In this document: positions 20,208 to 29,200 of the stretch, piece after piece
How the letters are laid out: each line of letters opens with the position of its first letter
How positions within the stretch are numbered: position 1 is the stretch's first letter
Origin: a virus
IMG/VR virus record: IMGVR_UViG_3300047476_001057
Span: 62,630-126,629 of that record
DNA length: 64,000 bases
Strand: one strand, 5' to 3'
Position numbers and translations under genes: made by a program
Notes under the pieces: model-generated
Databases searched by the model: none
Seen by the model: the letters and a program-made list of their open reading frames with translations, nothing else
Told to the model about the DNA's origin: nothing

Positions 20208-23200
20208 ATGAACAAGTGTAGTATAAGTATCCAGACTTTTGCTGACTTTACCAAGCAACTGTTGGCACAAGATGCCAAGTATAAAAACTTTGCAGAAGTG
20301 GCAAAGTTTATCATCAAACGTCCTGGACAACCGGATAGTGTAAAGATGGTAGCTCTTAAAGGGCTTGCCAAGATATATGACCAGCTGTCTAAAAAAGATA
20401 ACACTTTTAGTTTCTCTGCAGATGACAGCAAGATCATTGATGTAGACCTTGAGAAGGATAACTTAGAAACACAGTTTAAGAATATTGCTGCTAACTACCA
20501 GGTGCGTCCGGTAAGTGGTCCTTCTATAGACGCTATCAGAAGTGACATAAAGAACCTTGCAACACTTCCTGTATTACAGCTGCAAGATGCTGTTACCAAA
20601 ATCGTAAAAGACATAGCGGCCCTTGCCAAGACCAACTTCCGTAAGAGTGCAGACGAGATGGTTAAGTCTATTGGTGAACTCTATGACAGAGCTATCAATG
20701 AACTTGCAAAGAATACAGGTGTAAGTCCTATCATCCGTAACTCTCTCACACAGCTTCTTAACACAGAAAAGAACATTGCTACAGAAGCTGCCAGTGATTA
20801 TATACCCTTAAAGAACACTATCTATGGTGACACCAAGCTTATTGTAAAGAAAGATGGTAGTGTGTTTGAAGTGTTAAAAGACAACAATGGTAAGTTTATA
20901 GACATTAACTCACAGGATGGTACAACCGAAGTTGTATTTGACAGAAGTGCCGGTGACCAGTTGTTTAATCTCAGGGTTGACTCTTCACCTTTTGTAGGTG
21001 GTAATGATGGTACACAGTATATTTTTTCTCACAATGAACTGAGAAATGGTATGAACCTCCGTGACCGTACCGGAAAAGTGATGACCAACCAACTTCTTGG
21101 TTTGGACAATCCCCTTTCTGCTTTAGAAGTAATAGCATCACGTACAGAGGTAGACCGCAACCAGGATCGTATCCGCAGGATCCGTACTGAGATCCCTAAC
21201 CGTACACTTGAAACACAGGAAGTAGCCTCACAGCAAAAAGCTTTGCTTGCAGGAAGTCCTGTACTCACTGTGTTTTCTCCAGTAGATGGAGCACAGATCC
21301 AGTTCAGAATTCCTGGACAACAGGGAGCTATGATACTATACGGTATAGATAACTATGCTATAGTTTATCCTGATAACCGCACAGTGCCTGTTGACTTTTC
21401 TGAGTCTCAGAAAGAACTTATTCTAAAGCTTGCCCGTAAGAACACCACTAATGAAAACGGTGTAAACGTAACAGAACCTCTTACAGAGGAGGACTTCTAT
21501 AACCTGAAAGCCAGCTACGAGAAGTTTAAAGATTTCAAGAAAGCTGTACAGGAAATACTTGACCTTAACAAAGACCAGGCTGAGGTTGTCTTACCGCAGG
21601 CTTTGGTTAATACATATATCAGTCTTGCCCGTACAGGTGAGACTATTGCTGTTGCCCCCACTGCCGATCAGCAAGCTAGTTTATCTACACTTTTAAATAA
21701 AGAAGGCAATCCTGGTCAAATTAGCTTTAACGTTGTTGAAGCTCTTGATGATGAAAACTACTCAGAACCACGCCGCGTAACCAAACCGATCATGGTTGCC
21801 AAGCAGGGTGGTGTGTGGACATTCATATCAGACCTGAAGGGTAATGAGATGATAGCAGTAGAGCGTGATGGCAAGACAGAATACATAACGTTTTCTGACT
21901 ACATGCAAAACGTTCTTAATGTTTCTCCTGAGATTACTATACCAAATTTCCCAAGTGCTTTTGCATGGTTGTACCAGAAAGCTAACGGTAAGTTTCAACC
22001 TATTGCACTTAAGTATACACCTGTAGAAACAAGTGCAGATATTGCACGTCTTGCCATGGGCTTTGGTCAGCTGATCAAAAAGATGAATGATCCCCAGGCT
22101 GAAGGACCGAGAGAGCTCAGAAACTTCAACCTGAACAACTTTGGGTTTTCTCCTTACAACCCAACAGGAGCAACCAGCTTTGCCGGTGACTTTGATAGTT
22201 TCAAAGATCCAAGTGGTGAACGCAGTGTATCTATCCAGATCCATCCTATGACTATGAACTGGAGCCAAGTGCCACGTGATGTAAGAAAAGCTCTTACTAT
22301 TTACATAGACGTTCCTGTAATGAATGCATTCTTACAGGTGGTACGTAAGGCTGCAGAGATGCCTGCCTTTAAATCACAGAAGCTTGACCTGAACACAACT
22401 GCCGGCAGAAATGCCCTGGTGAAGTTTATAGATGAAGATCCTCAGCTCCGTAAAGAGTTAATGGGTGCTTATGAAGATATCAATACCCATATCTACCGTA
22501 AGTTTCAGGGTATAGGAGAGAAGCTTACCAAGACTTCTTATAACGGTGAGTTTGACATACCTAAGATCTACACCATTATGGAAAATGAGAAGAGTGATCT
22601 TAGTGGCAGATGGAAGCTTAAAGTGAAGGACCGTCAAAGTGGTAAGGATATAACCAACATGGATAACTACCGTAGCATGACTACGGAAGAAGTGTTCAGC
22701 TTTGGTGGTATACAAGCTGTGTTTGCAGGACCAAATGTTTCTGCTGTACAGACAGTAAACAAACCGGCACCGGTAACACAAAACCCGGCTAACAATACTG
22801 CTGCAGATAATGTACCTGGTACTACAGGTGGTATGCAGATAGACCTTGACTTTGAAGACGGAGCTTTTGAGCTTGCCATGGACACAGAGCTTTTCCAGGC
22901 TTACCAGGCAGGACAGTTCCAGCAGGAGCTTGACTGGATCAAGGCTAACCTTCCTAAAGATATAACAGTAGAAGACCTTGCCGAGATCATGGATGATCTG
23001 AAAGCTGAAGGTCGTGTACTTGGTTACTTTAGAGACAGGGTTATCTACCTTAACGAGCAACTTTCAGGCAGGGGATCTGGATACCATGAAGCATTCCATG
23101 GTGTGTTTCGTAAACTCATGGACGCTGCAACACGTGAGCGTTATCTAAACCTTGCTAAAGAAAAGATGGGAGCTGTTTCCAAAGAGCAGATTCAGGAGTT

Positions 23201-26200
23201 CCGTCAGAGACGTTCTCTCTATCATCTTTCTAATGCACAGGTAGTAGACCGTATGGCAGAAGAATACCTGGCTGACAGGTTTAAGTCATATAAGTTAGAA
23301 GGACGTGGTGCCCAGGAAGGATGGTTAAAGAAACTTCTAAACCTAATAGACAGCATCATTCGTTTCTTTAACAAGAACTATAAAGAGATAGACAGCCTGT
23401 TCCAGAGAATAGACACAGGTTTCTATAAGAACGCACAGATAGTAGGAGAATTCAAGGAAGGAGCGTTTGAAATGCTGCCTACCCGCAGCACTCTTGTAAC
23501 AGGACCAAACGGTAAAGCTGTACAGAGAAAGAACTTCCTTAATAAGATTGAGCAGGCACAGCTTGTTAACCGTCTTGCTGAACTGGCTTCTTTCTCAGTA
23601 GGTAAAAACTTTGAAGAGAAGTTTGCAGCAGCCCGTAAAGAGTTAATTGCTGAACTAAACATAGATAACCTGGTAGCCCAGAATCCTTCAGAGGAAGCAG
23701 CTATTCGTGCACGTTACGAATCTATCCTCCAGGATAAACTATACACACTTGGTGTACCTGTATCCATGATCAATGAAACAAGTAATGCTGCTATGGACCA
23801 GAACATTAGTCTGATCCAGGCGGACCCTGCACAGCTGGCAGCTTATAACAAGCAGCAGGCTGATGCACTGAAGTCACTGAAGCAGCAGGTAAACCAGAAG
23901 CTGAACAAGATTTCTATAGCAAACATGTACTTTGATCCTGAAGCTATGCTCAGTGAAGAGGAGTTTGATGAAGATGATCTTGGTGATGAAACAAACTACG
24001 AGGATAGCTTTGTAAACATGAACACCCTGGATGGTCTTAGCCGCCAGTTCCGTTCATTCTTTGGGCTGATCTCTTACATCCATACAGATGACCTAGGTAT
24101 AAAAACTACCCGCATGGTAGATGGAGCTACAGTGTTTGATACCATGATGAAGATCTTGGCTGACACTCCTGTAGAGAACATGATGACCCGTATGGAAGAG
24201 ACCCTTGAAAAGATGCTGGAGTCTGAGAACATGCTGGCATATGAGCGTCTTAATGCAGTATGGGATAAGATGAAGAAGTACTTCGGTCTTAACGAAGACA
24301 ACCAGCCTACACGTAACACCAACCTGTACAACCAGTTTATTGATGTATTCAATGTAGCTGATCTTTCTACAGATGTTTATTATGTAAACACACGTAATGA
24401 CTCTTCATCACTAAGGGTTATTGATGCCACTATACAAAATGACATCAACCAGTACTACGAGAAGCTGAGAAGAAAGTATGAGACCAGCTTCATGAAGAAG
24501 TCTGTTAAAGAGCGTGAAGAGATCCTGCGTCTGGCTAAATCTGTTATCAAAACAGAAGTGACCACACCAACAGACTTGGGTAGCCAGAGTTTTAACTCAC
24601 TGAAGGCTAGAGCCAAGAAAGTACACAAGGCTCTATCTGATATGGGTATAGTGCTGCCTTTGCATACTATCACTTACTCACTCATTGCTATTGACGTAAA
24701 AGAAAACAAAGTGGAGCTTAAACCTAAGAGCAAAGCTTTGAAGCAATACATCCTTGACCAGGAGTTGATCAACACTGGTGCCTACCTTGACAAAGACTTC
24801 TTTGACAAGCTTGTTAGATATGTAGATGAAAACACTAACATCTTTGACAAGACTGTAGATAAAGATATTGCTGCAGATGGTACACTGGGTCTTAGTGATC
24901 TTGAAAAGAACCAGCTCCGTTTAAAGAAGAGAGGTCTTGGTCTTATCAATTCTGTACTGAAGAAGACCGGACGCTACGTTGTTAAATATGATCTTGACAC
25001 TGTAGTTTCTGTGTTCCGTAATGCAGAAGGTAAGAACGTTTACCGTTATGTACGTTACACGCCACCACTGGTTATCTCCCAGTCTTTGAGAGAGAACGGA
25101 TGGCAGGGTACTTATACTAACTTCCCTGTTATTGCAAGATTCTTGCAGGACAACCCACTCACTGCTAACAAACCTGAGAACCTGCTCTACTTACAGAACC
25201 TTGAGCTCAGAACTTTTGGTGGTGCACGCCAGACACTCAAAGGTGTAGAGCGTGACGGTGTTACTGCAAAGACTATTGACACTGCAGGATACTATCTTTC
25301 TTATGTGCTGATGTCTATGAACCGTAAGACAACGGTTAATAACAATGCAGCTATCACCACTTTCTCAAGGATGCTTACACAGAATGAGGCATCTAACACT
25401 ATATACATGGTACCTAATCTTTACAAGAGAATGGTTACCAGTGCTGGTTATGTATCTGAAGACAAGCAGAACCTGGTAGTAAAAGGTTTTGTAGATGTTA
25501 TCAAGCAGGAATACCAGCGTATACAAAGAGAGTGGGCTACACGTAATGACCAGAACAAGGAGAAGTTTAATAACTACAACGCTGTTTTGAACCAGGACGG
25601 ATCTGTAAACACAGAAGATCCATCTCTGCGTGCATACAACTTTAACATGCTGGCAGACTTCTTTGAGTTTAACAATCCTGCATCCAGGACTGCTAATCCT
25701 CAGCGTGCTGACATCCGTAACCAGCTTATACAAAGTGCAAAAGATGGTGTGAAGTTTGACAAGCTTGACCTTGGTGCACTGGAGCGTGAGCTTCTTAACT
25801 ATGCAGAAGAGAAGTTTGCTGCCCACTTAGATATACTGAAGTCTTACAAGCTTGTTGAAGAAGACCAGCAGACTGGTGGACTTACAAGCCGTCTGATCCC
25901 TGACAGCTACAGTGTTGATGGTACATCTGTCAGTATTGAGACAGAAGATTCCAACCTGGAGTCTTATCTTAAAGATGTATACTTCAACGTATTTATAAAC
26001 AACCTGCAGGTATCACAGTTCTTTGACGGTGATATTGCCATGGGTGTTAAGAACTTTGCTGACTACTTTAAGCGTCAGAAGATGAACGTTGCTGCCGGTC
26101 CTTCTATGAAGAGTGGTAGCCATAATGTAGCTTATGTAGATGAGATCACTTTCCTTATCAATGAGTCTGAACTTGAAGAAGGTCAGTATGATGAGAATGA

Positions 26201-29200
26201 CGAGATGCCTGAAGGCTTTGCAGGGCGTGCCCAGAAAGTCAAAGGCTTTGATGGTCAGTCTATCACTACCATAGAGCACCGTATTGAACAATACCGTAAG
26301 CAGGGTAGGCTTGTAGATGATGTAGAAGGTCAGAAGTCTGTAGAAGAGATTCTTAAAGCCAGCCGTTACAGAAAACTTACAGAAGAGGAAGTAGAGTTCC
26401 TTAAAGATAACAAGGTGGTACTAGGTCCAAAGAAAACCGTAACCGGTGCTTTGGTGTACTACCATAAGCAAGCAGAACACATACTGTTCCGTACAGACAG
26501 TTCTTACATGGTTGTACCGGACGGCATGACCCGCAGCCAGGTAGAGAAGAGACTTGCTGAACTATATAACCAGGCAGACATCTTTCGTTCCAAGTTACGT
26601 AATGCAGATACATATGATGTCACTGCAGATGGTGGTGTGGAGTTTATTGAAGACCAGCTCCGTGATCTGTATACCCAGATACATCGTTATTGGGAACCAC
26701 TACCTCACCGTGTTGCCCATCACAATATGCTGAACTCAATGGAGACTAACGACATTGATCAGCTCATGGATCTTACAGCTTCCAAAAAAGCTACACTGCT
26801 TCCTGTAAAAGTTAATGAAAGAGGCATTACTGACCTTGGCAAGTCTAAACTCAGTGTTCCTAACATATATAAGTTTGACCAGGTAGAAACTTCTAAGGTG
26901 TCTACTGACATCAGTTCTACTACACAGCTTCAGCATTTGATAGATGCAGACATCAACCTTGACGATAAAGAGGTGGACTCTAATCTGAAAGATGCAGTGT
27001 TGCAGTATCGTAAGCTTACCGGCAGACTTTCTGAGGTGAGCCTGGACAGACTGAACAACATCATCAAAGATGAAAATGGTAATGTAGACGTACGTGCTAT
27101 TATCCGTAGCATGAGAGATGGTCTTGAGTCACAGGGAGCTGACAGCAATACGCTGAAGTTCTTTGAAATTAGAGACGACCAGCCTGTACACAACATCAAT
27201 CTTCCTTTGCTGAAGAAGATGTTTACTTACTACTACTTTGCTTTCTACTCTAACAATGTGTTTAACAAACGTCAGAGTGGTAGAAAAGACTATATCATTA
27301 CCAGCTGGGGATACAAGCTTATTGAAGACCGTGCTACCGGTGAAATCATTAAGAGTGACGAGATAGCTAAAGACCCACAGAAGTATAACGACAACTCTAA
27401 GTATAAGCTTCGTTATCCTGGTGTAAAGTATGATGCTGCTAATGATCGCTACATCGTAGAGGTGATGGTACCACGTCCATACTTTAAGAACCAGGAAGAG
27501 ATTGACCTGTTTGAGCGTAAGCTCAGTGAGTTCCTTTCTACCCGTATTCCAACAGAGGACAAGCGTTCTATGATTGTGGCTAAGGTGGTGGACTTTATTG
27601 ATGGTGCTTACCAGAATGCTATCGTCATCCCTCAGATCATACATATCCTGTCAGGTTCTGACCTTGACATTGACTCTCTCTATTCTCATACGTTTGCTAC
27701 CTATGAAGACTTCAATGGTAAGCAGAAAGTATATGGTGAGGCAAACACTCCTAAAGAGCAGTTTGTGGAATACCTCCAGAGCATGATGGAAGATAAGACG
27801 CTTGCTCCACTTGTAAAAGCAGAACTGGATAAGGTTTATAAAGAGCAAGTTACTGATGTACCTGAGTCTTTAGAGGATCTTGCAGAAGACCTGAACCTGC
27901 CGTTCTATAACTATACAAAGGAGCAGTGGATTGCTGCTTTGGATGAACTGCGTAAACAGCGTAATGATTACTATGAGCAGGCACAAGCTATAAAGGAAAG
28001 GCGTAAGCAAACCCAGGAAATTTACCAGAGACTTAAAGCTGAGAATGAGCAGATGGTGCAGGAGATCACTGATGCACTTAAAGCTTCTCTGAAAGCTGAG
28101 GGTATTGACACTACACCGGACGAGTTTGCTGAACTTCTTTGGGAACAGACTTCTGTAATGAGAGAGCGTTTTCGTGAGCAGGGTAGTCTTCGTGAGTCTT
28201 TAGAGCAAATGAATTATAGCATTAAGGTGGCTTATGATATAGTGACATCTGCTAATAACAAGATCCGTAACTCCCGTAATGAACTGGAGCGTATCAGCAG
28301 ACTGATGAAAGTGCTTGCTACACTCAACGTACTTGCCCGTAAGAAGATGCCTGTCACTGTAGCTCAGTATACTAAGGAAGCATCTAAGAAAGGATCACTT
28401 GTACCTGAGACATTACAGAACGACTTGCTCCAGGCTAAGATGGACATCCTTGGTAATCCTTATACGTTTAAGAAACTATACATACAAGAACGTTCTGACG
28501 TTTCCAGGTTTGAGAAGATAGCTGTGGCTATGAAGAAAACCATCAAGGACGTTATCAACAAGAATAACATCTTCTCACCAGACGGTATTATTGGATCCCG
28601 TGACATGGTGAAGAGTTCCGGTGCAGGTATTGGTATTGCTGCCAACATCAACAAGTTTGCTGCTTTTGCTTCTAAGAAAGGACTTAGACTTAATGCTCCG
28701 GTGTGGAGTGTAAACGGTAAGAACTATGTAGACTTCACTGCAGACAGTGAGAGCCGTCCTATCTCAGACATTGGTAACGCCCTGGGTATGCAGGCTGACG
28801 CCAAGAGTAATCCTATCCCGGCTGTACTTAATCTTAATGAGGTTAGCTTACCTATCACTCTTGTAATGATTGCACAGAAGCTTCCGCTTGAGATGGCTAT
28901 CACGATCAACTCTGTACCACTGGTATCTAAAGTGATCCAGCGTGTTATGGAAGAGAAACGTGAGATCCGTACCATAGCTGACCTCTTTAACAAACGCAGT
29001 CTTACAAGCATAGCCCGTGAAGAAATGAGCACTGCTATCGAGCAGCTCAAAGAAGACGGCTTGCAAGCTGAGCTATTTGAAGTAGATGATGAACAGAACA
29101 TCATCTATGACATGGCAGGTAATCCTAAGTTTAAGAAGGACCTAATGCTGGAATATGAGTTTGACTATACTCCTGCAGAAAGAACATCTGCAGAAGAGTT

